Source: Paragordius varius (Eukaryota > Animalia > Nematomorpha). Taken from it: a stretch of 64,000 nucleotides of DNA. Positions within the stretch are counted from its first letter, which is position 1, and every line of letters starts with the position of its first letter. The DNA is taken from contig OZ176057.1 of assembly GCA_964247055.1 (NCBI GenBank), forward strand, positions 558,001 to 622,000, written 5' to 3'. Position numbers and translations under genes: made by a program. Shown piece after piece: positions 25,760 to 39,906 of this stretch. A model generated the notes under the pieces. That model saw only the letters and a list, made by a program, of their open reading frames with translations, did not search any database and was not told where the DNA came from.

Positions 25760-27536
25760 TTATTTTTTAGCAGTTTTTGATGTGTTTTGTGAAACATTAT
25801 TTTGAGTTTTGGGAGCCAAAGGTTTTCCCATATCTTTCCCACGTAATTTAACACCTAAAATAGCGAAATATAAAATTAAATGAAAATATAATATATATTT
25901 TAATTTTTTAAGTTTTGGTCTTTAACCATTTTAAGTTGATCCATCAACATTTTTATTTTAGTTCTAAAATCATATGAATATTCATTTATATTATCATTTA
26001 ACCTATTCTCTTTATTTAACATAAAATTTTGAATCAATATCAACCTTTTTCTTTCAATAACCGTATAACTAATATCCTTAAATAATTTTATTTATTTTGA
26101 ATATTAATAAGGTTTCAATAGAATATATTATGTAAAAAGTCTTTGTAGGTTATTAATTGTAATATTCTATTAATAGACATCAAACACTGTTAAATAAGAA
26201 AAAATCAGTTAAAAACAAAAAAAGTTTTTGTATGAAAAATCGTAATTTCAAATAAAAAAAATACAAAATAAAGATATCAGGTTAAAATTAAAAAAAATGA
26301 ATAAATACATGCAAACATATGGTTATAAGCAAGCTTAAAAAAATTAAGCACCAACTTGAGGCGTTCAAGGACCAATATGAAGTGTTTAAAGACCAACTTA
26401 AAATATTCAAAGACCAACTTAAAATATTCAAGGACCAACTTGAAATATTCAGACCAGTTTGAAGTGTTTAAGGACCAACTTAAAGTGTTCAAGAACACTC
26501 TCGAAGTGCAAATGGTATATGTTAAAAAACTAAATTTTAAGTTTGAAATATAATAAAATATTACCAAGGGCCCTTTCGAGTTTGGTGAAAATTTGTTGGT
26601 TAGGAAGTCCCTTTCCACTTTCAAATTCATGTATAATTTGCGGTTTTTCACAAATTTTCTAAAAAATAGGGCACATTCCCATCAAACAAAAAAAGTCTTT
26701 TAAAATAAATTTTATTTAAAATTATAGGAGTAAAAAAATATATGAGACTAAACGTAGAACCTTTAATAGACAAATACAACAGGCTCATTTTATTAAACTT
26801 TGATTTTTATTTTTTATATAACTAATCGTTTTAGCTTGCAAAATATAAATTATGATATAAATTGGTAACAGATTAAATTATATTTCACCATTGTTTTTAA
26901 ATAAAAAAACTTTGAAAAGAAAATGGTTAGGGTTATTTATTTTGCGTATTAGTAAAAATTAAATTCAAAATAAAAAAACAATATTTTTTATCGGAACATT
27001 TAAATACTTCATAATTTAAATTTAAAATTTGTTTAAATGATAAGTCCAATGTATAAAAATATATTTTTCCAAATTAGATAATAATTTTAAAGAAAGTATT
27101 AAAATAATGAAAAGTTTCTTTTTGTAATTACCAAATAATCAATAGTTTAAAAAAAATAAAAATATAATTACAGCTGCCAATTCTTTTTGATTGAGTTCCA
27201 ATTCGGCTCTTTTTTGGGCAATCAATTTTCCCACATCCAAACTTACGGTTTCGTGTTTCAAATTTTCAGTATCTTGATCTAGTTTCAATGTATTCTTATC
27301 AGTGGAATGCTGTTTATTAGTTCCAGCTGCATCTAAAATTTAAATTTAGTTGATTTTTGTGTTCTTACATTTTTTAGAAGTTTCAACTGAGGTTCCTTTA
27401 CGCAAAGCTTCTCTTATTGCCTAGAAAAATTTTAGTTCCGTAAAAAAACTTTTTCAGATTTTGTTTCGCTTCCGGATTGCGGTTTTCTTAAAACAACAAC
27501 ATCATCCCAACCAACTTTAGATTTTAAATGAACCAT
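25760..27536 (-). CDS. EDF1: Endothelial differentiation-related factor 1 / multiprotein bridging factor 1, 162 aa
   Basis: Exons 27536-27450, 27420-27369, 27332-27172, 26658-26565, 25854-25760 (489 nt). WDDVVVLRK...[15 protein letters not shown]...VSLDVGKLI...[50 protein letters not shown] is the MBF1 + HTH_3 signature. Confidence 0.96.
25910..26515. mobile_element. Family B element in EDF1 intron 4
   Basis: Right arm with ~7 AAGGACCAACTT units ending GAAGTGCAAATGG|TATA; decayed left arm (approximate start). Confidence 0.7.
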
Positions 27537-27618
27537 TTAAGCGAGCTTTCACTTCTGATGAAAGTGCGCGTGTTTTATTGAATGCAAAAATATAGCATAT
27601 GGCTAACATAAAATTCAA

Positions 27619-28115
27619 CACTTCGATTATTGGGGTATTTAAATACCCCTACTTAATTAAAGTTAGTATTTTAAAACAAAGGGAGTTCCAATAAATTAAT
27701 ATAAATAAACCCAAATGAATCTTTTAATTTGAAAAACAAGTTTCATGTCAAACAACTTTGACGCCCATTTATTACACAAATTGAAAAATATCGTCTGCAT
27801 ATAATTTTAAAGGGTCAAAGTAAAACTAATATTTTATTTAAATAAAATCCAACATAGAAATTAAAAAACTGGTTTAGTTTGTTTTATTTTTCAATTTTAC
27901 CATTGCAATGTCAACGTCACGTTGAATATATTTTTACCTTTGGGTTAAACTTATAATAAGTAAAATCAAGTATTCTTGGATTAAAATTTTTTATATATTT
28001 CGGTTTATTATGTTATATAAATGCAAATGTTGCCATGGTTTCTATTCATTCCATTTTTTTAAAGAATCTAATTATTAAGGTCTGTGGTATGCACTACCCC
28101 AATTTGAATCGAGGA
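27619..28115. mobile_element. Family E piggyBac-like MITE just upstream of EDF1
   Basis: Same termini and internal sequence as 17796-18327. Confidence 0.75.
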
Positions 28116-31100
28116 CAAAAATGAATGTGTTGCATGTTAACTGCGTCATTGGGAGTAAGAAATAAAATGCTATAATATAATGATGAAATAAACCCTTCAG
28201 AATTGTCAGAGTGCTTTTGATTTTGATCCTTAGGATTTATTTAAGAAGGTTATTTTTTGTCAGGGACTGCTATATATTTAAAAATGGTTAAATTAGCACC
28301 TGCTTTGATTGGAAAATTTTTCTGCATTAATCCTTGATTCCAAAAAATGCCTGCAAAAAATAAATAGTTAAAGTAAAATAATATTTTATAAAAAACTTTT
28401 AGCCGCTCAAAAATGGACAAGCCTAGATTTGAAGATTAAATTGTTAAAATATGCCATTCGCACATCAGAAGTGTCCTTAAACACTTCCAAGTTGGTCCTT
28501 TGACTTTTTTGTTTTTAAAGTTATCAATCAAATCGAATATCATTCATCTATTTTAACCTATTTTCTATCATTTAATATATATGTTAAATCAATTTAATTT
28601 TTTAATCATTGAGAAACCGTTTTATAAACTAAAATCTTTGGCTATTGTTAAGATTTTATCACGTAATTAAAGTATATACATGTTTTCTGAGATATTTACT
28701 ATATATTACTAAAAGATGTGAAGTTAATTATTTCGTTAAAAAAATTTGTTTGAAACAAAAAAGTGGTTTTTGAATAAAAAATTTTATTTTTAAATGAAAA
28801 ATAACGAAAATTAGGATAAAAAATAATAAAATAAGAAATACATGCAAAAATTTAAGTTAAATTAAAATTTTAAAATTTTAAGGACGAACTTGATGCGTTC
28901 AAGGATCAACTTGAAGTGTTCAAGCACACTCTTGAAGAATATATACTAAATTTTGACATCAAATTTCAAAAAAGAATAATTCGCTTAATTTAATTTATGG
29001 AAAATTTTGTTTTTAAGCGTGTTTTACAGTTTTTGGAGGCAAGATGAAAACGTTATAATACTTTAAATGTAATAAAAACATTTTTCTTAATAATTAGGTA
29101 ATGCTGAACATTTCTATTCAAAATTTTTAATTAAAAGTTTGTTTACCTTCATTTTAGATTTTTTTAAATTGCCATTCATATTCAAAATAGTTTTATTAAT
29201 GTTTTTATATTTAAATATATATTCTAATACTTTAAAACATATACCGTTTTGTCATACCTCTAATTTGTATGAAGTAGACTTTACTAAAATTTTGGTATAA
29301 CTATTATTGAATGCTTAAGCAAAATTCATTTTTTGGAAATTTTCTAGATGTCAATTTAGCATATATTAAATAATTTGTTGAGCTTGATATTTATGCGTTT
29401 TATTAATATAATCCCATTTAGGGAGAAAAAAAATTAAGAATCGAGCTTACATCTAAAAATCTGAGATTTATGATAATATTTTTTTGTTTTTTTATAATAT
29501 ATTTTATTGTTATAAGCCAGCAAAATCTTTATTTAGAAAAATATACACGAATTTTGCCATTTTCTGATATAAAGCATTTGCCACAATAGTGATAACTTTC
29601 TTAACACTCAACAACATTGTTACAGCCTTTCGAATTAAACCCTAGACCTGTTTAAAATCAGACATTTATAAAAATATTGAACAAAAAGATTTCATTGCAA
29701 AATTTTGAATATACTGTGCCCACAAAAAATAGCCTGTTGAAATATATATATATATACTGATTCCTGGTTAGGAAAATTTGGCAAGTGATACATAAAGAAA
29801 ATAACAAAATTGCAAATAACTTTCTAAACACTTGAATATAACACATTTATTACCGAATTAAATTGGGGTCTTTGCGGACTCTAGGCCTGTTCGAAATCTT
29901 ACATTGATAAAAATATAGAACAATCCATTGCAAAAGTTTGAATCTATACACAGTGCCAACAAATATAGCCTGTATATATATTTTGTTGCGGTTTTTGGTT
30001 TTAATCCTTAGGAGCGATATAAAAAAAAATTTCATTTTTGTAGTAAGTGATCCATATCAGAAGATGGTAAAATCTGCGCTCATTTTTTTAAATTAATTTT
30101 TTTGGTGCAAGCTAAATGCTTCATAAATTATCTTTATATCATAAACAACCTATAATAATTGAAACTTTTATAAAAATTTCCGAAAGTCTTATTCTTAACT
30201 AGGTTTTTTCATTTTATATTAGAAACCTAAATGCTGAGATTGCGCGATAACTAAATTAATTTTTTAAATAATTTATACTTATTTCATAATGTAAGTTTTA
30301 GCAAAATTTTGTTGAAGCATACTTCCTAGGTTTCATAATAGAAACGGTATAAAATTTAAGTTATAAAAACACTTTTTTTTATATAATTTTATAACTCTGA
30401 ACATTCTATTTCCTCAAAATTTCGATTATATTATTAGTTCGTTTTCAAATTTATCTAAAATTAAATTGTGTTTTTACAGAAACAGAAGTAAATTAGGCTT
30501 TTATTTTCTGAAGCGAGAGCTCAGCATTATGTGATTATATAGAAAAAGTGTTTTTATAATATCTAAAAGCTACCCGTTTCCATCCAACCTCAAAATAGTA
30601 TGAATTACGCTTAATATATATTCCCATCAGAATATGTACATTTTATCAGGTGATTTTTTATACCCCCTGATTTTGGACGCAGTGTAAACATGCACCCAAA
30701 TATTAAAAATTTTATCTGAAAAAACTTGATTTTACCTTTTCTATTAATAAACTTCTAGATAATATATTTCACTATGTGTGCATTATTTAAATATAAAAAA
30801 TATTGCTAACCAAAGAACTTTTCTCCTCATATCAATGTTAGATGAGATAATAAAATAACTTTCCTTTTAACGTTAGAATCAAATAAACACGATATTTTGC
30901 AAAAATATTTAAAATAAAATGGCGTCGAGTTATTTATGGACTTATTTTTCAAAACTAAATCTAGATATTTTGGCTTATTATAATTTTTTAAGCATATGAG
31001 GATAAATTAAATAGGAACCATTTTTTGAGTTTTTTAAATATCAGCTTAAATATAGTCTGAGTCACTAAATACCGTAATTTGAATCGAAGTGATAAATTGA

Positions 31101-31471
31101 CCGAAGCACCATGATAATCCTGATACATTTTTTTAGAAGAATATAATATATACATTTCATTAGGATATTTTTTCGTACATTGTGTAAAATGTGCCCAAAC
31201 ATTAATAATATAGAGGATGTTGAATAATAAATTAATTGGATAGGCATAAATAAAATCAGATTTATATGATAAATTAGTTTTACATTTAATTTTCACAAAA
31301 AACCCAATAAAAAGGGCAAAGAATTCTTCGAGTAAAATTTTTTCGTTTCGAAATAAAATAAAATTTGTTTTATAAAGCAGAGATGTCCAACACAAATTGC
31401 TTTGCAGGTCAAAATTTTGACTGAAAAAAAAGACGGGCCAAAATGTATAAGACATTCATTATTTTAATATA

Positions 31472-32883
31472 CCATTTACACTTCAAGGTCCTTGAATTCA
31501 AGTTGGTCCTTAAAATTTTTTAAGTTTAACCATATATATTGGTCGTATTTATTTATTTTATTAATGTTTAACCTAATTTTCTTGATTTATAACACATTTA
31601 TTTATTCATTTAAAATTAAGATTTTTAATTAAAAAACCAATTCTTTTGTTTTTAAATAATTTTTCAAACCAAAAATATTATCCAATTATAAATGTAACAA
31701 AAATTGTAATTTATAATCCAGAAAACTTATATTTTTTCAATTATATAGATATTTTATTAAATTTAATATGTAAAAAACTTAAAAAAATATACAGTATCTG
31801 AATGAAGAAAAGCTTAAAAATGTGGTTAAATCAAGAGAATGGGATAAAAATGATAAAATAGATGAATAATACGCGATTTTATTGATAAAAGTTAAATTAA
31901 AACAAAAAAAGCCAAAGGTTCATCTTGGATTCAATATCTTGAAATGTCAAGGACCAACTTGTGTTCAAGGACACTCTTGAAATGTGCAAGGACACCCTAA
32001 ATTGTAAATGGTGTATACTAGATTTTTTTTATTAAAAGGATTTCCAAAAAAAAATAATTTGCTTTAAATTTATAAAAAATTTGGTTTTTAAAGCGTGCTT
32101 TATAGTATTTGGAGTCAAGATCACGGTATTTTAAATAAATTAAAAGCTTTTTTCAGTAAAATTCGAAGGCAAAAAATTCTAGTAAAATTTTTTCGTTTAG
32201 AATAAACCAAAATTGTTATAAAGCAGTTTTGCCCAACACAAATTGCATTGGGCGCCAATATTTAACTGGAAAAAAGCGGGCCAACAGTTAAGACATTCAT
32301 GAATTTAATATACCACTTCAAGAGTTTCCTTGAACACAAGTTGGTCCTTTTATATTTTAAGTTTGTTCCTTAAAGTGAAGTTGGACCTTCAACATTTTTA
32401 AGTTAATCCTTAAAAATTTTGAGTTTGCTAACCATAAATTTTGCATAATTCTATTAGTGTTTGACCTAATTTTGATTTATGATAAATTTATTCTTTTCAA
32501 ATTAATAATTTCTATTAAAAACCAATTTTTATTTCTAATTAATTTTAAAATATTATTCAATTATAAATGTTTTCAACCATTAATTCTAATTATAATCCAG
32601 AATTTTTTTTCTTTATTATTAATATATTTTGCCAAAGACTTAATAAAAATATACTGTATCTGAATGAAGAAAAATTTTAAAAATATGGTTAAATCAAGAG
32701 AATATTATATAAATGATAAAATAGATGAATGATAGGATTGATTGATAAAATTAAAAACAAAACAAAAAAGCCAAAGGTTTAACTGAGTTCAATTAACTTG
32801 AAGTATAAGGACCAACTTGAAGTGTTCACTCTTGAAGAAGGATTTATGTGAAGTGTTCAAGGACACTATTGAAGTGTAAATGG
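31472..32883. mobile_element. Two family B MITEs (31472-32011 and 32313-32883)
   Basis: TATA|CCATTTACACTTCAAG ... GTAAATGG termini and AAGGACCAACTTGAAGTG arrays in the right arms. Confidence 0.8.
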
Positions 32884-33419
32884 TATATACCAACAAAAGA
32901 TTGTAAGAACATACTATAACATTTTTTAGTTTGTTGTCGAATAGAGTTGAAAATTTTGTTTTAAGCTCATTTTACTAGTGATCATATTCTTGCAAATTAT
33001 GGATTAACAAATTTTTCACAGGCCGGATATACTGTGTCGAAGGGATATACCCCCATTAAAAAGAATTTATTTGATTATTTTAATTCAACAATACCCACTT
33101 AATAAAAATAAAAATTCTTTAATAAGTAAGACTTAAAAACAAAATCGCCATGCCATTCCTTATATATATATCAATAGTTCTCAAGGATATTTGGGTGTAT
33201 GCACTCAGTATTTAAAAATTTTATATTTTATGTACTAAAACAATTAAAAACAAATATCTACCAAACTACATTGTTGTAGTAAACACTACTTGTAAAAACA
33301 TTGTTATACATATTATAAAAGAGAACACGATTTATAATTTTATATTTAATTATTTATTAATGCCTTTGATGATATAAATTAGATGGCGGTTTTAATTTTA
33401 CAATATTAACAATATACAA

Positions 33420-33690
33420 CTATTAATAAATTTTTAAATTTTTTTGTTCTATCGGATGTTTTTTGCTCATTTTTTGATATTCATCCAAACTTATTTTTCC
33501 ACCTAAATCTATACATTATTAAATAAAAAATACCATTTATATCGAAATTGTGTACCTTGTTTTGGAACTCCTTTAATTTCGCTACTAGAAGAGTATTTAG
33601 TAACGAGTATAATTTTTTATCATAATCTAAGAATTTCGGAATATTAAAATTTCCTGTTTTATTACAGTTTGTTAATTTTCTTCTTTAAGC
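33420..33690 (-). CDS. Possible exons of an EF-hand-like protein
   Basis: ...LLVAKLKEFQNKVHNFDIN|G, then a 25- or 32-nt GT-AG intron, then GKISLDEYQKMSKKH. This resembles an EF-hand loop end. No full model could be built. Confidence 0.3.
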
Positions 33691-35604
33691 TGTACTTGAT
33701 ATTATTAAACATCTTGATTAATTTGGTTTAGTGATATGTCATAATCCAATTCTTTTTTCACTTCTAAATAATGATTATCCCAATTATTTTGGTTAATTCG
33801 GGTTGGATTTGTTTTCTTTTTTGGAATATAATATAGGGTATCTATGAAATATAAATTCTTCAAACTTTTCTAAAACGTTGATCAATTATTCTCTAGCTCT
33901 CTCGTTTTGCATGTTGTATGAATGTAAATCAAGATGTTATTTTAATTTGGTTTAGAGATATATCATAGTCCAATTCTTTTTTGAATTTTAATTGTCTCAA
34001 TTTTTTTAACTTGGATTGGATTTGTTTTCTTTTTGGAATACAATATAGGGTATCTATGAAATATAAATTCTTAAAACTTTTCTAAAACGTCAATCAACAA
34101 TTCTCTGGCTCTCTCTTTTCGCACGTTATAGGATGTAAATCAGGATGTAATAAATGGCATTTCAAAATGAAGGGGGAAATTGGCTGACATTTAAGTAACA
34201 ACCATGAAAAAATTACGAATCAAAATATTAAACAGACCATTGCATGTTGCCCTGACAGCAATAAATCTAAAAAATATAGTTGAATCAATTGAACACCTTT
34301 TAAAAAAAATTGGATTTACAGTGTGTTGAAAATATATTTTTTGAAGCAGCTTAGTAACTAAGATGTATAAGAGATTGATCCAATTTCTAAAACCTATAAA
34401 TAATTTGTAATCTAAACATAATATTCTATCCTCCAATTTAAAGAATTCAAAAACTGGGTAGATTTTTAAATTTCAAAAAGTAGGCAAATATTTGGATTTC
34501 TATGACTCAAATAACCTGATAAATATAGTTTGATAAAATGCGTGCATATTTCTTCTAGAAAACTTTGAATTTTGCATGCATGTTTTAGATTTTATCTATT
34601 TTACAGGGGTTATCTAAACCCCTTTAAGTGTCAAAATATTGAGGTAACTTTACTCAACCCCATATAATATATCTTTTATATACTTTACTTTATATCCACC
34701 AATTTTAAGAATTCAAAAGTTCGAAATATTTTTAAAGTTATGCCACTTTGAAATTATAATAATTCTACTAGGAGGGAGACTTCTTATGAATGTATGATAT
34801 TCATTTAAGAAATTTAAGCATAAGGACGTAAGTAATACTTACTTGAACATGGGTCATAGTTTAACGTCCAGTCATTATTTAAGTTTAATTCAATTTTTAA
34901 TTTTAACATATTTCGAAGTAAATAAATACACCATAGATAATAACAATATTTTTAAAGTATAATTTTAGTTGGAAACATTTAGCTTTGACAAAGTAAAATA
35001 AAGAATTTAAAATTATTCATCTTATATGCACAATAATTTAATAACATTTATAAACTAATAATAAAGTTAAAAAGTAAATTGTTTCATCTTAATTTCCATA
35101 TTTATTTCAGTCTATAGAGGTTATTAATTTTTACACCTTTACACTAAATTAAAAGTTAACAGGTAAAAAATCAAGACAAAAATTTTAAAAAAACCACCAT
35201 ACTTTTTAACCCTTATTTCCTATAGAAATTATCAATTTTACAGTAACAAATAAAATTATACGGACTAAATGTAAATATATAAAGACGAATTTCATCCAAA
35301 AGCTACCATACTTTTTAAAACCTTAATTATTCTTACATTAACTATTTAGTTAAAATTGTAAGACATAGAATATGATTGTGCTAGTATATATAAATATATA
35401 TATATATATATATACATCTATTCCACACTTTGCCATTTTAAACAATTATTTTTTTAAAATGAATTAAAAAGTATGGATGTCTTTTAGAAAAAAATCTTTG
35501 TCTTTATATTTTCCGTTTTTGTCCGTGTAATTTCAGTTTTGTAATATTGAAATATGATTAATATATTAACAATTTACATCTTTATTTAATGCTTTCCATA
35601 ACTA

Positions 35605-35640
<36 letters not shown>

Positions 35641-35837
35641 TTACAGCGGTTTTTGTTAAAAAAGGTTTGTCTTTATGCCTTTTTCTATTTCTATAAATTC
35701 AATTTTTAAATCAACAAGTGTTATTTTTTCCAATTGTTGGACTTAAAACATAAGCATATGTTTTTCGTTGGTAAGTGGTCTCGGCAAATACCCGTTTTTT
35801 TACCATGTGATAAATACAGCTATGCTAATTAATATAT

Positions 35838-37267
35838 AATTTACATTTCAAATTCACCCTTAACTAATTTAAATTCACTCTTGAACAATCCAACAATTCC
35901 GATTTACCTTTGAACAATTCAAATTCATTTAATTTATACTGAAAAAATAATAAACTTGCCACAAAGATATATTTCATATTAGTTTATAAACACATAATTG
36001 TTTTTTTAGAGTCAATTTCAATTGTTCAGGGGGGAATTTGAACTGTAAATAGCATATTTTATAATAAGTCCAATAAAATATTTAATAAATAATTTAGAGC
36101 CAAAAAATTTTTGAGCAGCGTTACCGGTTTAATCTGAACTAAAGCTATTGTATATTGTTTCTTACTGGTTTAGTATTTTTAATTAGTAATTAATCTTCAA
36201 TACATAGTAAAAAATATATTGCTTGAGACGTTTAATAATATTACATTTTACTAAAAAACTTTAATTTTGAGATTTTATATACTATTTACATTCAAATTCC
36301 CCCTTAAACAATTTGAATCCCCCTTGAACAATTCAAATTCACCCAAATTCACCCTAAAAATAAATTATGTGGTATCGGGCTATTGAAATGAAATATATCC
36401 ATATGGCTTAATTATTTTTTTTCAACATTGTTTTAATTACAAACAAATTTTATTATTAAAAATATAAAAAATATAGGTAATAACAATTTTTATGAAAAAA
36501 CACATAATTTTTTTGGGGTGAATTCGAATTGTTTAAATGTGAATTTAAATTGTTCAAGGTTGAATTGTTCAAGAGGGTGAATTTGATGTGTAAATGGAGT
36601 CAATCTAAAGTTTAGTGATCACACTTAAATGGGTTTAAAACAGTTTTTACCTATTAGAAAATACAGTAATAATCCACAATCGTTGAAAAAGCATAGTCTT
36701 AAATTTGAATCATGACCCAATTGTTAAACCTACACCCACCCCACAACTGTAAAGAATGTGGAAAAGTTAAAAAATGTAGTAAATCCTAAATTTTATAAAA
36801 AAAATGCTGTATTGAGTTTATATTTTTTAGGAATTATTAACTTGATAAATATGTCATAAACAATGTTACTATATGGGGCAAGGGGGGGGGGATATACTTT
36901 GGAGACATATTAATAAATTATATAGGCAAAATGTACCAAACTCAATACTTTTGTACCTAGATAGTATTTTTTAAATAATCTATATTACTATTTTCAGCTC
37001 AAATTCACCCTCGAATAATTTAAAATCACCCTAAAATAAATTATGAAATTTTTTGGATATTAAAATTAACTACTGTTTTTATATTTTAAATTAATTTTCG
37101 TTTAAACTTAGTATGATACTAAAAAAATAATAATCTATGTATATAAAGAAACTATTCTTATTAATGATGAATTATAATAGCCTAAAAATACATATATTTT
37201 TAGGGTGACTATAAATTGTTTAAAGGTGAATATGAATTGTTCAAGGGTAAATTTGAAGTGTAAATGA
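35838..37267. mobile_element. Cluster of three family A MITEs (~35838-36052, 36282-36597, 36988-37267)
   Basis: Each has degenerate CCATTT/AAATGG termini and the AATTCAAATTCACCC array. Confidence 0.75.
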
Positions 37268-37877
37268 TATATATTATGCTAATAATTTACATCCATGTTT
37301 TTAATTTTTACCCCCTAACAATAATTCATATAAAATGATTCATTATTTTTGGATAAAAAATATTTTTTTATTTTAACCCTTTGTTGTCTGTAAAATTACA
37401 ATTTTTAGGTAATAATATGGATATTCTCTAATAATGATTTATAAAATACTCAACCCTTAAAAATTAAATTTAAACTTAAATTTGTATAGTAGTTTTATGA
37501 GTTCTAATTACGCAAAAATATTAGTGTATGTTTAATTTTATATTCTAAATATCCCTAACAAGTAATTTTTATAATAGATATTGTTTTAATAACTATAAAT
37601 TTTTGCATATTTTTTTTCTCAACCAGCCTCAAAAACCTTTAAATATAACATTTACTAATCAAAACCTCGAACAATTTAAATCTACCTCAAATAAATTAAA
37701 TGTTTTTTAAGATTGATAATTACCTTTATTTTTATATATTTTTAAAAAATAAAATTTTGTTTTAAATTAAAATAATATGAAAAATAATATTTAGTAAAAC
37801 ACATAATAAATTTTTAAGGTGAATTTTAATTTTTAGGATTTGAATTGTTTAAGGGCTTTTTAAACTGAAATGGTATA

Positions 37878-39197
37878 TCATTTGCACTTCAAGGGTGTCC
37901 TTGAACACTTCAAGTTGATTCTTGAACAATTCAAGTTAGTCCTTAAAATTTATAAATTTTGATTTAACCATAATTTTTGCATTTATTTTTTTATTTTATT
38001 ACACTAGACAACAAATTTTAACTTTTTTAACTGCCATTCTTGTAAATTTAAAATTTATTTCATTAAAGTACATAATTAGTATATCTGAAAAGAAAATTGG
38101 TCCTACATGAAAGAATTTTTTTATATTAGAGTTTATCGATAATTTTTGGCCCCGATTTAACATTAAACTCGAAATTTCATAAATTTAAAGTTTTAGATAT
38201 GAAGCCATGTATTTTATATCATTCGAAAGAGCGCAAAAAACTGCATCTTTTAAATGGTAGTAAGTCATTTTAATCCATCGGATGTAAAAGTTATTTGGAT
38301 TTAAATGGTCAAAATTTTCAATCCTTAAATAAGTCAAGAATTTTCACAGACAAACTAATTTGAAAATCATTTAAATTATTTTAATATTATTATTAGGGTT
38401 ATATTAGTATTTAATTTGAAAAAATGTTTGGAAAAGCTTTTGGTTTGCTTTTTTAATAAAAATTATTATTATAAATATTTTACCTAGTGGATACTAAAAT
38501 GCATAGTTATAACTGTGGCTATAAAAGATCAAAAATACCTTAAATGTTTTTATCTTTAAATTTTCGAAATTATCAGCCTTGTAAAGAAAATAAATTAATA
38601 TTGATGGATGGTAATTTTTAAAAAACAAAAAACTTAAAAATGGCTGTTTTGAGTGACATAAAAGCAATAAAAAATATTTTAATCAAAAAAACTTTCTTGT
38701 GTTATCTTTTTTGGACATTCATCTCCATCTAAGCAAAGTTTGAACTATTTTACTTTATTTAGTTTATAAATATAATAATTAAAAAAAAGCTCTCGCTTCG
38801 CGCGTTTGTCGCTCTTTGTGTCCAATATTAACTGTCGATGAAATACATATTAGTAAACATTTTATAGAGTTTTTAATACTCTTTCGAATGATATATTACA
38901 AATGGGCATTACTTGTATATTTTCTTTGAAAAACATTTTTTAGTAAAATTTGGATAAAGAGGGCGCATAATCTAAAAAATCAAATAATACAAAATGCTGA
39001 TATCGATTTAAAATTTATGTTAAATAATAGAAAATAGGTTAAAAACAATAAAATAGATGAATTATTTACGATTTGATTGATAAAAGTTAAAAACAAAACA
39101 AAAAAGTCAAAGGACCCACTTGAACTGTTCAAGGACCAACTTGAAATCTTCAAGGACCAACTTGAAGTGTTCAAGGGCACTCTTGAAGTGCAAATGG
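37878..39197. mobile_element. Family B element abutting a family A end (shared TATA), probably with a nested unrelated insertion
   Basis: AAATGG-TATA-TCATTTGCACTTCAAGGG at 37868-37895; GAAGTGCAAATGG|TATA at 39197. Confidence 0.7.
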
Positions 39198-39906
39198 TAT
39201 ATATCACTTTCAGAAAAAAATAATATGGGCATACATAAAGATAACCATAGTTTTTAAATATTTGATCATTTTTGGGTTGTAAAATAAATAGAGATTTAGA
39301 TTGATAATAATTCAATTATATAATTCCAATTTTAAGTAGTTTATATGGGAAAAATCAAGGCTTGAAAAAGTATAATTGTCTTTTTCAAAAAAAAGTATTT
39401 TCCTTTAGTTTTAACATTATCTCTGTATAATTTCCTTTTTAAAACTATCAGTTATAAAAATTTATTTAAGTTAGGGATGCAACTGTATAAATTATTTAAT
39501 TGATCTATCAATTTAAATTATGTAAAGATTTGAATGGTGATAATATATAATTTTACAGTAAAAATTGAAATTATACGGACAAAACGTAAAATTATAAAGA
39601 CAAACATTTTTTTATCTAAAAAACAACCATACTTTCTTTAACTTTAATTTTTCATCTATAAACTATTTAGTTACGATTGTAAATTGTATAATTGATCGTA
39701 TTATTAATATATATCTCTATCCCACACTTTACAGTTCAAAATGAGTCATATTTAAAAAAATCTAGATTTAGAAAGTATGGTTGTCTTTTGGAAATATGTC
39801 TTTACATTTGTACATTTTGTCCGTATAATTTCAATTTTTATTATATAATTATTTAACATTTTAGAATTTGGGATATACTAAAAAGGTATTGTCTTTATAA
39901 GCCGAT

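Noticed and set aside
36712-36789. PHNCKECGK, resembling the start of a C2H2 zinc finger
   Set aside because: There are no following His residues, the frame stops shortly after, and no neighbouring fingers or exons could be linked.
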